NCBI GenBank assembly: GCA_002897635.1
Contig: BDTD01000011.1
Span: 76,436-140,435 of the forward strand
Reading direction: 5' to 3'
DNA: 64,000 nt
Source: a bacterium BMS3Abin11
GTDB lineage: Bacteria > Pseudomonadota > Gammaproteobacteria > BMS3Bbin11
Made by a program: the position numbers and the translations under genes
Notes under the pieces: generated by a model
Told to the model about the DNA's origin: nothing
The model's input: only the letters and a program-made list of their open reading frames with translations
Database searches by the model: none
Part shown: in pieces, positions 1-10,689 of the stretch
Position numbering within the stretch: the first letter of the stretch is position 1
How the letters are laid out: each line of letters begins with the position of its first letter

Positions 1-34
1 GGCCCGGATGGCATAGAAATTCATGTTTTATCCT

Positions 35-961
35 TTAGGGCACCCTATTAATGAGGTTAACGAAGATTTCTTCCAGCGAACTCTGGCTGGAGTGAAGATC
101 CTTAAAGTCTATGTCGTGCTTACCCAGCTCACGCAATAAGCTGGAGATCCCCGTGTGCTCCCGCTGTGTATCAAAAGTGTAGGTCAACACCTCACCATCC
201 GACGATAGATGCAGTGAATAATCGGCAAGTTCTTCGGGGATACTGGTTAATGGATGTTGCAGGGTCAGTGCCAGCTGCTTTTTCCCCAGCCTATTCATCA
301 GCACGGTCTTCTCTTCAACCACGCTGATCTCGCCATCCGTAATAATAGCAATGCGGTCGGCCATCTCTTCGGCCTCATCAATATAATGCGTTGTCAGGAT
401 GATAGTGACGCCACTTTCGCGCAGATGACGAACCATGTTCCACATCGCATGTCGTTGCTCAACATCGATGCCCGCTGTAGGTTCATCAAGAAACAGGATT
501 TTTGGCTCATGCGCCAGTGCCTTGGCAATCAGCACCCGCCGCTTCATGCCACCCGACAAATTAATGATCCTCTCATCACGCCTGTCCCACAAAGACAGGT
601 CACGCAGCACTTTTTCACAATGCGCGGGGTTAGCTGATTTACCGAACAGACCACGACTGAAATTCATCGTCGCCCAGACACTCTCAAAGGTTCCAGTAGC
701 AAGCTCCTGCGGTACCAGGCCAATTCTCGACCGTGCCTGCCGGTAATCTGTACGGATATCATGACCGTCCACAGCCACACTTCCCTCACTGGCAGTGACC
801 AGTCCGCAGATAATACTTATAAGCGTCGTCTTGCCGGCACCATTGGGACCCAACAGGGCAAAAATTTCTCCTCGATGTATATTCAGATTAATGTTGTTCA
901 GCGCACACAAGCCAGACGCATAGGTTTTGGACAGGCTTTTGATTGAAATGACTGGCTGCAC
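35..961 (-). CDS. ABC transporter ATP-binding protein (YadG-like)
   Basis: Walker A GPNGAGKT, signature LSGGMKRR, Walker B LFLDEP. Confidence 0.9.
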   Translation of the reverse strand: MQPVISIKSLSKTYASGLCALNNINLNIHRGEIFALLGPNGAGKTTLISIICGLVTASEGSVAVDGHDIRTDYRQARSRIGLVPQELATGTFESVWATMNFSRGLFGKSANPAHCEKVLRDLSLWDRRDERIINLSGGMKRRVLIAKALAHEPKILFLDEPTAGIDVEQRHAMWNMVRHLRESGVTIILTTHYIDEAEEMADRIAIITDGEISVVEEKTVLMNRLGKKQLALTLQHPLTSIPEELADYSLHLSSDGEVLTYTFDTQREHTGISSLLRELGKHDIDFKDLHSSQSSLEEIFVNLINRVP

Positions 962-1067
962 GCATTTTCCTTTACTGCTGATATTGGACAGCTGCTGGCT
1001 GGGCGGCTATAACTTTCAATGGGCCTGATCATCGGGATGGAGCACAGGCCAGATTGTTTAACTATCG

Positions 1068-1427
1068 TCAGGCAACCACATCTGACCAGACTGCAAATTC
1101 ATTGTCATTCGGATCACTGAAATGGAACCGTCTACCGCCCGGAAATGAAAAAATCTCCTTAATAATTTTACCGCCGGCATTTTCTATTTTTGCTTGCATA
1201 GCCTCAAGATCCTTACTATAAAAAACCACCAGTGCACTTCCCTTTTCCGTGGACATATTTTTACCAGATTTAAAAAAACCGCCCTTTATCCCCGCATTGG
1301 AAAAAGTGGCATATTCAAGCCCGTAGTCAACGAAGCTCCAGTTAAACACTGTGGTAAAAAATACTTTAGCTGCATTCAGATCTTCGGCAGGGAATTCAAG
1401 ATAGTTTATTTTTCCGTCTTTGCTCAT
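1068..1427 (-). CDS. VOC/glyoxalase family protein
   Basis: INYLEFPA...FPGGRRFHFSDPNDNEFAVWS pattern. Confidence 0.85.
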   Translation of the reverse strand: MSKDGKINYLEFPAEDLNAAKVFFTTVFNWSFVDYGLEYATFSNAGIKGGFFKSGKNMSTEKGSALVVFYSKDLEAMQAKIENAGGKIIKEIFSFPGGRRFHFSDPNDNEFAVWSDVVA

Positions 1428-1460
1428 CTCATGCGCCTCCGCGTTTAGGGTACCTCTAAA

Positions 1461-1865
1461 TTATAAAATATCCCTGGGCAACATCTTAAATGACGGGATG
1501 TTGCCAGAAAGTATACTCCAGTCTGCCTTTGAGCCAACAAAACAATCAGCAACTGGTTTTACATCTACCTCATCATCCACACAGGCCAGTGCAACACTAA
1601 AATACTGAGATTTATCCGGTGCATAATTCATTAACTTTGAACCGCAGTTTGAACAAAAAGCGCGGATACCGCGCCGCCCCTGATATTCGGACAACATCTC
1701 TTCACCTTTTAAAAATCTCAGTGTTCCAGCTTTAGCAAATACCTGCGTCGCAAATGCCGCTCCATGCGATTTGCGGCACAAAGAACAGTGGCAGTTAAAA
1801 ACCTTGTCTGGAATCAGCTCTACTTCATACTCAACAGCGCCGCACAAGCAGCTTCCTTTAACCAT
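1461..1865 (-). CDS. GFA/CENP-V family Zn-binding protein
   Basis: GSCLCG, CHCSLCRK and FCSNCGS motifs. Confidence 0.9.
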   Translation of the reverse strand: MVKGSCLCGAVEYEVELIPDKVFNCHCSLCRKSHGAAFATQVFAKAGTLRFLKGEEMLSEYQGRRGIRAFCSNCGSKLMNYAPDKSQYFSVALACVDDEVDVKPVADCFVGSKADWSILSGNIPSFKMLPRDIL

Positions 1866-1947
1866 TATCTCGCCTCCTCAGGAAACAACACCCACAAATC
1901 ATCGCAGGCTGTATAATCAACGCAATTGATAATAACATAATGACCCC

Positions 1948-2352
1948 ATGAAACTACTGATACGTAACCTGGCCCGCACAACTACGGAAGTAGAGCTTCG
2001 GAGAATGTTCGAAGCCCACGGACCGGTACAGTCCTGCAGCCTGGTAATGGACAGGCAAACTGGCAAGTCCAAGGGCTTTGCTTTTATCGAAATGCCCAGA
2101 CCGGGCGATGCCAAAGCTGCTGTAAAAACTCTCAATGGCAAGGATGTCGCCGGTAATGTAATCCGTGTTAAAAGGGCCACTACGAAAAAGTCCACAGCAG
2201 AAAAAGTTTTCCCTGGCAGGACAGAATCTAAAAAAACCGAAACAGGGAATAGTGTGGTAAAGACAGATGAACCAGAAAAACCCGAACCACAAAAGCCCAA
2301 ACTGAAAAAAAATACTGCCGTAAACTATAACATCTGGTCGTCAAATGACTAA
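1948..2352 (+). CDS. RRM RNA-binding protein
   Basis: RNP2 LLIRNL, RNP1 KGFAFIEM, Lys-rich tail. Confidence 0.9.
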   Translation: MKLLIRNLARTTTEVELRRMFEAHGPVQSCSLVMDRQTGKSKGFAFIEMPRPGDAKAAVKTLNGKDVAGNVIRVKRATTKKSTAEKVFPGRTESKKTETGNSVVKTDEPEKPEPQKPKLKKNTAVNYNIWSSND

Positions 2353-2776
2353 GGAACCTCTGATGTGTCTGGACGAAGTAGATTGCGATCTAAAATATTC
2401 AGGTTTGAGGCGTAAATCGCAAGGCCGCTCAATGACATCCTGTCATCGCGGCACTTGTACATCCATGTACTTCGTAATAGCTAGCTATTTTGAAGGTTTG
2501 CAACGAAAAAACTGGATATTTTAGGCGTAAGATACGAGTTCATGAATTGATCAGAGGTTCCCTAAATCAGGAGGTGGCGATCCACTGCATGGCGTGACTC
2601 TGGAGATGATAGTCACCCGATTGCAGGGAAAGTACGGCTGGGAAGAACTGGGTCGTCGCATCAATATAAAATATTTTACTAACGATCCAGACATAAACTC
2701 CAGCCTGAACCCCGTATCTCATTCTTGTATGAATCTTGACATAAAGCCCGACCTTGTACTAGATTTACACCGTTAA
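2345..2776 (+). pseudogene. VF530/DUF2132 family gene, MITE-interrupted, with divergent 3' end
   Basis: Removing the MITE restores MTKSGGGDPLHGVTLEMIVTRLQGKYGWEELG...NDPDINSSL; the family C-terminus is absent. Confidence 0.75.
2353..2561. mobile_element. IS5-type MITE, copy 1
   Basis: TIRs GGAACCTCTGA...TCAGAGGTTCC; CTAA target duplication at 2349-2352 and 2562-2565; homologous to 18080-18237. Confidence 0.85.
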
Positions 2777-2798
2777 TCGAACGTACACTGAGGATATA

Positions 2799-3023
2799 AT
2801 GAACGTATTGATAATTGCAACCAAAGGCTGTCGCCATTGCAATAACCTGGCTACGGAATTGAATGAACTAGGGATTGAGCACAAACTGGTTTATGCTGAA
2901 TCTGAGCCAGAGTTGGTAGAAAAATATAGTATTCGTCATTCACCTAATTTGATCGTAGATGATGAAGTTAAATTTCGACGGCAGCCTACAGAACAGGAAT
3001 TACGAGAGTGTCTGAATTTATAA
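2799..3023 (+). CDS. Glutaredoxin/thioredoxin-like protein
   Basis: CRHC motif, 74 aa, RBS GAGG. Confidence 0.8.
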   Translation: MNVLIIATKGCRHCNNLATELNELGIEHKLVYAESEPELVEKYSIRHSPNLIVDDEVKFRRQPTEQELRECLNL

Positions 3024-3249
3024 TCTCCTCAGAAATATTTTGAACAATTTAGGTGTGGCACTACCCCACTAAGCCATCGTTCGGGCGAATAAATCAGAAC
3101 TGAATTACTGATTCTCGCAAAAGAGGTCAAAAAGAACTTCCGGAGTGTAACCACATGTCATTCCAAAAAAATATCTCGATCAAGACATTTATAGCGACTA
3201 CTTTCCCTGCCACCATACGGGTAAACTCCTGAATACAGAATTATCCATC

Positions 3250-3269
3250 GGTTCAGCCAGGGTTCAGCC
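3250..3269 (+). promoter_or_regulatory. Putative OmpR/PhoB-family regulator site
   Basis: GGTTCAGCC direct repeat with 11-bp period upstream of 3318. Confidence 0.45.
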
Positions 3270-3317
3270 GCCCTGTTATTTAATAGCCCTCAAGCTAACT
3301 AAAACGAGGGCTTAGCC

Positions 3318-3644
3318 ATGAAAGTTACAATACAACCTATTGATAGAACTCACCGACTGATTAAGACCAGTGTTTTGCTGATGGTCACAATCCCATTACT
3401 CGTTGTTGGCACGGCTTACGCAAGTCATCGCCATCATGATTACAATTCAGGGACATCGATAACTTTCGGTTATATTTTTTACCCGAAAGCACCTCTGTAC
3501 CATAAGGCCTATAGGCACCCGCGTCATTATCGATATTACAACTCTCACTACCGGGGTCATTACGGCCGCTACAATCCCTGGAGAAATGAGCATGCGTACA
3601 AATATCGTAGAAATCATTACAACGGCTATCGTGATGATGATTAG
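3318..3644 (+). CDS. Small exported His/Tyr/Arg-rich protein
   Basis: Hydrophobic segment ending AYA, low-complexity HRY tail, RBS GAGGG. Confidence 0.65.
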   Translation: MKVTIQPIDRTHRLIKTSVLLMVTIPLLVVGTAYASHRHHDYNSGTSITFGYIFYPKAPLYHKAYRHPRHYRYYNSHYRGHYGRYNPWRNEHAYKYRRNHYNGYRDDD

Positions 3645-3785
3645 AGAAATGGTGGCCTATATGTTTTCGTCATTATCAGAAAGAGTATAAAAGTCCATAA
3701 TAGCGCTAATAATGTATATTATCTTCGCTTAAATATAACGCCTATTATATTTAGCTATTATAAATAATATAGATAAGAATCGCTA

Positions 3786-4247
3786 TTAATTGATGAGTTC
3801 GGGCCTAACCATCCACTGCAACTGCCAAACTCCTTCATCCGTGGATTCCAGGAAAACTATACTTCCTGGTGTGTAGGATACGATGACCACATCGGAAGCT
3901 CCTGTCACCAGAAAACTAACCAGCTTCGACATGAATGGCAGGTGGCCAACAACCAGAATATCTTCGTCCCAGTTCATCAACCGATTTGCAAAACCCTCAA
4001 CCGAGTCATTCGGGTTAATACCACTGATCGCCTCAACTGGAAACTCTCCCGTTATTATTGCTGTAAATATCTCAGCCGTCTGTTGCGCTCGCGTCTTGCC
4101 ACTATGCATGACTCGCGAAACTGTCATATGGCCTGCAAGAAAAGCTGCCAACCGTTCCACCTCTGCATGCCCCACATTACTCAAGGGCCGGTCAGCATCA
4201 ATATCCTTAGTCAGTGCTTCACCATGTTGCACAAGATAGAGTTTCAT
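3786..4247 (-). CDS. sixA: Phosphohistidine phosphatase SixA
   Basis: LYLVQHGEA, SGKTRAQQTAE and VGHLPF motifs. Confidence 0.85.
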   Translation of the reverse strand: MKLYLVQHGEALTKDIDADRPLSNVGHAEVERLAAFLAGHMTVSRVMHSGKTRAQQTAEIFTAIITGEFPVEAISGINPNDSVEGFANRLMNWDEDILVVGHLPFMSKLVSFLVTGASDVVIVSYTPGSIVFLESTDEGVWQLQWMVRPELIN

Positions 4248-4450
4248 TCGCGATCCATCCCCCTGATATAAAGAAAGCAGTTATATTTCAGTTTAGCATT
4301 AATTACGGCATCACGAGCGAGGCATGGCAAGCTTAAAAATACAGGGATCGCACGGTTACTCAATAGTATGTGCAGGGGTGGTACTCATACCAATAAATAG
4401 AAGCTCCCATAAAACATAATACGTAATGCGTAAAACATCCCCTCCCCCCC

Positions 4451-4507
4451 TTGACTAATTAGGACAGTTGTATTATTTTATACTTGATGATTAGGACATG
4501 CGTCCTA
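4451..4507 (+). promoter_or_regulatory. nemA promoter with TetR-type operator
   Basis: TTGACT -35; palindrome TAGGACATGCGTCCTA at 4492-4507; weaker copy at 4460-4475. Confidence 0.6.
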
Positions 4508-4555
4508 TTTTAATACGGAATATTAAAATAAATACCTGTCAAACTGGAGAAAATA

Positions 4556-5647
4556 ATGAGCAATAACCTGTTTAGTTCAATCACAGTGGGTGATCTCACA
4601 TTACCCAACCGGATGGTCATGGCACCGATGACGCGTAATCGTGCCAACCAGGACAACGCTCCGCACAGTCTGAATGTAAAATACTACCAGCAGCGCGCCA
4701 ACGCCGGTTTAATCATTACCGAAGGCTCGCAGGTCTCGATGGAGGGTGTGGGTTACCCCGGTACGCCAGGCATCTATAGCGATGTGCAAGTGGCCGGCTG
4801 GCGCGAAATTACCGATGCCGTACACGCCAAAGGTGGGCATATCTTTATACAGCTCTGGTATTGTGGACGTATCTCCCATCCAGATTTATTACCCGACAAC
4901 CAGACACCAGTCGCACCTTCCGCAATAAAACCGGAAGGTGATGCCGTTACCTTTGAAGGGATGAAACCTTTTATCACACCACGGGCACTCGAAACCGATG
5001 AGATTGCGGGCATTGTGGCACAGTACAAACATGCGGCGGAAATGGCCATAAAGGCGGGTTTTGATGGTGTTGAAGTGCATGGCGCAAATGGATATCTCAT
5101 CGATCAGTTCCTGCGAGATGGATCCAATCATCGCACTGACCGGTATGGTGGCAGCGTTGAAAACCGTATGCGCTTTCTCAATGAGGTACTCGATGCGGTA
5201 TGTGAAGTATGGCCTGACCAGCGCGTTGGGCTAAGACTGACACCGGAAAATAGTTTTAACAGCATGTCAGACTCCGATCCACAGACGCACTTTGCCTATT
5301 TTATTACACAGCTTAATTCACGCAAGCTGGCATATTTGCATATACTGGAAGGCGATATGATAAGCAAACAACGGCATGTCAACTACCGCAGCCTGCGTGA
5401 TAGCTTTGATGGTATTTACATAGCCAATAATGCATATGACAAAACGCGTGCTGAAGAAGGTATACGCAACGGAGATTGTGACATGGTTGCTTTCGGCATT
5501 CCTTTTCTGGCGAACCCAGATCTGGTATACCGTTATCAAAACGACCTGGCATTAAATGAAGCGGATCCGGACAGCTTTTATGGTGGTGATGAACACGGCT
5601 ACACAGACTACCCCTTTGCCGAGCACGTTAGCGCCGAATCGGCGTGA
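4556..5647 (+). CDS. nemA: Alkene reductase, old yellow enzyme family
   Basis: NRMVMAPMTR and EVHGANGYLIDQFL motifs. Confidence 0.9.
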   Translation: MSNNLFSSITVGDLTLPNRMVMAPMTRNRANQDNAPHSLNVKYYQQRANAGLIITEGSQVSMEGVGYPGTPGIYSDVQVAGWREITDAVHAKGGHIFIQLWYCGRISHPDLLPDNQTPVAPSAIKPEGDAVTFEGMKPFITPRALETDEIAGIVAQYKHAAEMAIKAGFDGVEVHGANGYLIDQFLRDGSNHRTDRYGGSVENRMRFLNEVLDAVCEVWPDQRVGLRLTPENSFNSMSDSDPQTHFAYFITQLNSRKLAYLHILEGDMISKQRHVNYRSLRDSFDGIYIANNAYDKTRAEEGIRNGDCDMVAFGIPFLANPDLVYRYQNDLALNEADPDSFYGGDEHGYTDYPFAEHVSAESA

Positions 5648-5674
5648 CTACGTAAAAAAAAACAGGAACAGAAC

Positions 5675-6268
5675 ATGGGGAACAAAGGTGAAGCATTACG
5701 ACAACGGATTGTCGCATCTGCCGACCAGCTGTTTTACCAACAAGGATATGAAAACACTTCATTCAGCGACATAGCCGAAGACGTGGGGATCTCGCGTGGT
5801 AATTTCTATTATCACTTTAAAAGTAAAGATGAAATTTTAAACGCGGTTATAGACACCCGGCTCACCGACATCGAGCAGATGCTAGATGAATGGAGTAAAA
5901 AGTATACTGATCCCAGACAACGTATTATTATGTACATTGATATACTTACCAACCATCAGGACAATATTAAAAATCACGGCTGCCCCTTAGGCAGCCTGTG
6001 TACCGAGCTGGCAAAACAAAGTCACGTCATGTTGCAGGACGCGAACAAAATGTTTGCCATACAGCGTGACTGGTTAACAGTACAACTGAAAGAACTCGGC
6101 CTGGGTAAAAACGCCAAACAGGTTGCAATGCACTTATTGGCCCGCTCACAGGGCATCGCCACCATCACCAATGCCTTTGAAGATCAAGACTTTCTGCGTC
6201 AGGATGTAAAACGTTTAAAACAATGGCTAGATGAACAGATCCAGGGCCAGAACAAAAGTGGGAATTGA
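5675..6268 (+). CDS. TetR family regulator (NemR-like)
   Basis: HTH GISRGNFYYHFKSK, GCPLG motif. Confidence 0.85.
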   Translation: MGNKGEALRQRIVASADQLFYQQGYENTSFSDIAEDVGISRGNFYYHFKSKDEILNAVIDTRLTDIEQMLDEWSKKYTDPRQRIIMYIDILTNHQDNIKNHGCPLGSLCTELAKQSHVMLQDANKMFAIQRDWLTVQLKELGLGKNAKQVAMHLLARSQGIATITNAFEDQDFLRQDVKRLKQWLDEQIQGQNKSGN

Positions 6269-6345
6269 CCCTGTTATTCTCTCACAAAACGTCCTGGGTA
6301 CGGCAAAAACCTGAGACACTTTACCTGGAAACAGTTCGGTCTGAT

Positions 6346-6494
6346 AATAAACTACCCCGCAGCAAGCTGACGGGGTATTAAATGTAGGTGCGAATTCATT
6401 CGCACAGCGATGCCAATGTTTATGCACATTGTGCGAATGAATTCGCACCTACAGTTTTCGTGGCAAGCCACGGGGAATTATGCCCATAGGGATT
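6346..6494 (-). mobile_element. Non-autonomous IS200/IS605-like element carrying a REP doublet, copy 1
   Basis: 149 bp, same as 23081-23229; subterminal hairpins; GTAG-REP pair at 6384-6452. Confidence 0.75.
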
Positions 6495-6499
6495 AACAG

Positions 6500-6687
6500 T
6501 ATTATCAGCGAAAAATGAAGGCACGAGCAGATACAAGCTGGTATATTATGGATCCGAACCTGAGTTGGTAGAAAAATAGAGGTGCCCTAATAGTATTCGT
6601 CATTTGCCTAATTAGGTCATAGATGATGAAGTTAATTTTTAGCGGCAGTCAACAGAACAAGAATTACGAAAGTGTTTGAATTTATAA
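6500..6687 (+). pseudogene. Decayed paralogue of glutaredoxin 2799-3023
   Basis: DNA similarity through the stop codon; internal stops; 12-bp insert GAGGTGCCCTAA. Confidence 0.75.
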
Positions 6688-6733
6688 TACCCCACTGGCA
6701 GCCACATAACTCACAATAAAGTGCAAATCTGAT

Positions 6734-7489
6734 ATGTCAAATGTCAGTCCTGAACCCGTTACTCGTACCCACATGAATAAAATTGTAGTTACTGGATTTG
6801 TACTCATTGTCCTTTCGGTTGTGGCCGCCATGATAGCGCCATTAGGGAGCCGGATAGGTTATTGGGATTATACTGCTGCAGTAATGATTCTTGAATGGGC
6901 AGCCTATACAGGTACTGCATCTGCTTTGATTTGCCTGATTGGCACTTTTGTTGTGCGACCCAGAAATAGCCGCCTGGGATTTTTCTTAACCCTGCTCGGC
7001 TTAGCGATCATTATTCCGACACTTCTGTATTTGATGTACTGGAAGGATGCAGAAGAGAATGCACCACCCATACAGGACATCACCACGAATACAGAAAACC
7101 CACCCGAGTTCTGGGCTGCGCCAAATGCGCGTGTCTATGGGGGAGCCGCAGTAGCCACCTACCAGAAGGAAGCATACCCATATATTCAGCCATTACTGTT
7201 ACCAGTGCCTCCAGACAAAGCATTTGATTATGCAATAGAAGTGGTTCGGCAAAAAGGCTGGGATTTATTGGATGCAAATCGTAAGGATATGCATATTGAA
7301 GCAACTGAATCCACATTCTGGTTTGGTTTTAGTGATGATGTAGCCATAAACATCACTGCAACAGATTCAGGTGGCAGTCGGGTTGATATGCGTTCGACAT
7401 CACGCTTTGGTAGTGGTGGAGATGGCGGGACCAACGCCAGGCGGATTCGATCATTTTTTGCTACTTTAAAACCCAAAGCTGATAAATAA
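6734..7489 (+). CDS. DUF1499 membrane protein
   Basis: Three TM helices; PPIQDITT, FWFGFSDDV and RVDMRSTSR motifs. Confidence 0.8.
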   Translation: MSNVSPEPVTRTHMNKIVVTGFVLIVLSVVAAMIAPLGSRIGYWDYTAAVMILEWAAYTGTASALICLIGTFVVRPRNSRLGFFLTLLGLAIIIPTLLYLMYWKDAEENAPPIQDITTNTENPPEFWAAPNARVYGGAAVATYQKEAYPYIQPLLLPVPPDKAFDYAIEVVRQKGWDLLDANRKDMHIEATESTFWFGFSDDVAINITATDSGGSRVDMRSTSRFGSGGDGGTNARRIRSFFATLKPKADK

Positions 7490-7494
7490 TATTC

Positions 7495-7788
7495 TTATCT
7501 CATCGACCTTTTATCTAGCAAATCGGTTGCCATCTCATAGTAGGCGATGGCCTCGTCAATAAGGTGTCTGGATTTTATGGTGTCTTTGTTTAGATTCTCG
7601 CCCGTTGTAGCATCCAGGACATTGACGCGTTGATTCGGTGATAATTCCACTACCACGTTATCTTGCATATACCCGACAGTCAGGTAATTAGCCATCAATG
7701 TGCGCTGGTGACGCCCCTGTTCATTTAATATATCTTCACCAAAAAAATATGAGTCGTAGTTGAAATTTAGCATCCCAAACAGGGTCAA
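7495..7788 (-). pseudogene. C-terminal fragment of an LTA synthase/sulfatase family protein
   Basis: TLFGMLNFNYDSYFFGEDIL tail with no N-terminal part or proper start. Confidence 0.6.
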
Positions 7789-8088
7789 ATGGGTAATGAA
7801 ATTCTTTTATAAAAGGATTCGCTGCCATCAGGGACAGGCCTTATATTTTACATTCAAGTGATTCTACTGCTCGATGGACCGCCGCAAACTCACATCAAAG
7901 TGCAAATCAGATATGTCATATTTAAGACCCTGTTACTTTGTAGGTATATTTTTTTTACTTTTTTAATGAAGATATTTGATTCGTTGAGGTATGGGTATGA
8001 TGGGAGTTCATTAAAATATTTAATGTTGATAAATAGGATTGAACATCCCACTTGAAATTTCAACTTTTTCTTATGAATCTGCAATCAC

Positions 8089-9132
8089 CTATGAAGCCTT
8101 GGCTTCAAATGATGCCCGTGCACTACTATCTTCACTTTTAACAATTACAAGATTTGAAACAAACTGGTTTGTCGCACGTTCCCATGAATGTCTTTCTGCA
8201 TATGATTCACACATTTCTGGAGAAACACCAAGCGCCTGTTCTACCGCATAAGCAAGGTTGTCATCTACCCATCCATTAACACCATTTTCTATAATATCTT
8301 TCGGACCAGTAACTGGGTATGCAGCTACAGGCACCCCACATGCCATGGCTTCCAGCAACACCAGGCCAAAGGTGTCTGTCAGGCTGGGAAAGACCATTAC
8401 ATCTGCAGAAGCGAGATGTGCAACAAGATCCTTGCCGGTTTTATAGCCAACAAAACGGGTGTCTGGATATTGTTCTTTCAGTATATTCATCTCAGGTCCA
8501 TCCCCAATAACGTACTTGCTTGCCCTGATATCCAGATCTAGATAAGCCTTGATATTCTTTTCAACGGCAACACGACCAAGATAGACTGCAATAGGTCTGT
8601 CTCCGGTGAAACAGGATTCATTCTGTGGTTTAAACAGGTCGATATCAACACCCCGGCCCCAGCGTTTTAAATTTGTAAATCCCCTGGCATGCAGTTCAGT
8701 CTCTAGCGATGACGTTGCAACCATCGTTACACTGGCAGAGTTATGGAATCGTCTCATGTAGGCATAGGACAACAAAAAAGGCACGGGTAGTCGCAGGCGT
8801 AAATATTCAGGAAAGCGGGTATGGTAGGCCGTTGTATAATTTAGCCCGTGTTTCAGACAATAAGCTTTTGCTGCCAGACCAAGTGGGCCTTCTGTAGATA
8901 TATGTATGGCATCGGCATCAAAAGCATCCAGAATACGACCCAGCTTACGGGCGGGCAACCATGACAGGCGTATCTCCGGGTAACCCGGCATCGGAAATGT
9001 CCAGAAATCTGATGGGTTGAAAACGGCCACCCGGTGTCCCATCCTTGTTAACTGGGCAATGGTCTTTTTAAGAGTAATGACAACACCATTAATTTGCGGT
9101 GACCACGCATCGGTCACGATTGCGATCTTCAT
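8089..9132 (-). CDS. GT4 glycosyltransferase (Agt-like glycolipid synthase)
   Basis: IVTDAWSPQINGVV and FPSLTDTFGLVLLEAMACG motifs. Confidence 0.85.
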   Translation of the reverse strand: MKIAIVTDAWSPQINGVVITLKKTIAQLTRMGHRVAVFNPSDFWTFPMPGYPEIRLSWLPARKLGRILDAFDADAIHISTEGPLGLAAKAYCLKHGLNYTTAYHTRFPEYLRLRLPVPFLLSYAYMRRFHNSASVTMVATSSLETELHARGFTNLKRWGRGVDIDLFKPQNESCFTGDRPIAVYLGRVAVEKNIKAYLDLDIRASKYVIGDGPEMNILKEQYPDTRFVGYKTGKDLVAHLASADVMVFPSLTDTFGLVLLEAMACGVPVAAYPVTGPKDIIENGVNGWVDDNLAYAVEQALGVSPEMCESYAERHSWERATNQFVSNLVIVKSEDSSARASFEAKAS

Positions 9133-9901
9133 GCAGCTGTACTCCATCTATTAGATCAGCACTTTCTTCCAACCAGTGGATCAGGCGCAGTTTGCCATCT
9201 TCTTCCTCTGCCAATGCGGTACAACTTTCAACCCAGTCACCGCAATTAGCATAATTTATTCCATCGAAATCTGTAATTACGGCATGATGTATATGACCAC
9301 ATACAACACCATCTGCGTCATGTTGACGTGCAGCATGGACGACAGCCTCTTCGAAATTGCTAACGTAGTTAACTGCTTTTTTAACCTTGTTCTTGATATG
9401 TTTAGATAGTGACCAGTAGCCAAAGCCAAGTTTTCTACGTACCCAATTGAACCAGTGATTCATTATGATCAGCAGGTCATAAGCTTCACTGCCGAGTTTT
9501 GCTATCCACTTGTTGTTTAGTGTTATGGCATCAAATTCATCACCGTGAAGAATTAAAAGTCTCTTACCGTCTTCCGTAATATGCTCCGCTCTTAACTTTA
9601 TCTGTATACCGGAAAAATCGAAGTCGTTGTAATCACGAAAGAATTCATCATGATTACCAGGTACATAGATAACATGTGTTCCCCTACTTGCCTTTTCGAT
9701 GAGCAACCGAACAATACGATTGTTTATTTCCGGCCAATACCAACCACGCTTAATTTTCCATATATCAATAATATCTCCTACCAGGTACAGGTATTCTGAT
9801 TCTGTATGTCTTAGAAAATCGTAAAGGTATTCTGTACGGGAAGCTTTAAGTCCAAGATGTGTATCGGATATCCAGATGGAGCGATACGTAACTAGCTTCA
9901 T
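9089..9901 (-). CDS. plcP: PlcP-type metallophosphoesterase (often annotated LpxH-like)
   Basis: SDTHLG, GDIID, GNHD, HGD, GHIH and GDWVES motifs; operon with GT4. Confidence 0.75.
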   Translation of the reverse strand: MKLVTYRSIWISDTHLGLKASRTEYLYDFLRHTESEYLYLVGDIIDIWKIKRGWYWPEINNRIVRLLIEKASRGTHVIYVPGNHDEFFRDYNDFDFSGIQIKLRAEHITEDGKRLLILHGDEFDAITLNNKWIAKLGSEAYDLLIIMNHWFNWVRRKLGFGYWSLSKHIKNKVKKAVNYVSNFEEAVVHAARQHDADGVVCGHIHHAVITDFDGINYANCGDWVESCTALAEEEDGKLRLIHWLEESADLIDGVQLHEDRNRDRCVVTAN

Positions 9902-9944
9902 AGTTTTCTCCGTTTATCGTATTCGCGCCGAATTTATACTCTTA

Positions 9945-10035
9945 AAATATGACAAAATTATGATGCTTTTATGATGATTATATTAAACGTGTATAGAGCA
10001 AGTATACTGATAATAATTCATCATCCTGTCATATA
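9945..10035. promoter_or_regulatory. Divergent Pho-box-like repeats
   Basis: TCAT units at 11-bp period on - strand (9949, 9960, 9971) and on + strand (10018; CTGTCAT 10026-10032). Confidence 0.6.
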
Positions 10036-10147
10036 ACCCATGCATATTCGCAACAATGAATCTTCGCGTTGCATATGATCTTCTTACAGGATTGTCACCC
10101 AGCAGATGGCTGTGTCTTGATGGCTTTAAAAAAGTGATAAGAGAACT

Positions 10148-10531
10148 ATGGCAAAAGCTGACTACCAGAAACTAAACCAACCCATTCGCAGTATCATGCG
10201 TATCATCTATGCAACCCAGTGGTCCATGAAAGGCTTTGAATCAACTCTGAAAACGGAAGAAGCATTTCGCCAGGAAGTACTGCTTCTGATCATTCTGGCA
10301 CCACTGGGTATATGGCTAGGAGATACGGGAATAGAACGGACCTTGCTGATTGGCACAGTCCTAATCGTCCTTATTGTTGAACTACTGAATTCTGCAGTCG
10401 AATCTGCGATAGACCGTATCGGTGATGAACATCACAAGTTATCAGGCAAGGCAAAAGACCAGGGTTCAGCAGCCGTCTTCGTTTCCCTTGTACTTGCTAC
10501 AATGACATGGCTCTTCATTCTAATCAAATAG
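10148..10531 (+). CDS. dgkA: Diacylglycerol kinase
   Basis: EEAFRQE, ELLNSAVE and AKDQGSAAV motifs. Confidence 0.92.
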   Translation: MAKADYQKLNQPIRSIMRIIYATQWSMKGFESTLKTEEAFRQEVLLLIILAPLGIWLGDTGIERTLLIGTVLIVLIVELLNSAVESAIDRIGDEHHKLSGKAKDQGSAAVFVSLVLATMTWLFILIK

Positions 10532-10689
10532 TCAGACGATCAAGTTTCTGTTACTTTCAGATGTATTTTTTTGATGAAACGTAGCTTCATGTTTGATTTG
10601 TTGAGGTATGGACACAGGAAGAGTACGTCATAATTAATCAGAGGCTCCTTAATGTTGTAAAACAGGATTGCCCCCCCCTTTAATTATAA

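Noticed and set aside
2735..2775. MerR-like promoter before glutaredoxin
   Set aside because: The dyad and spacing are too weak to support.
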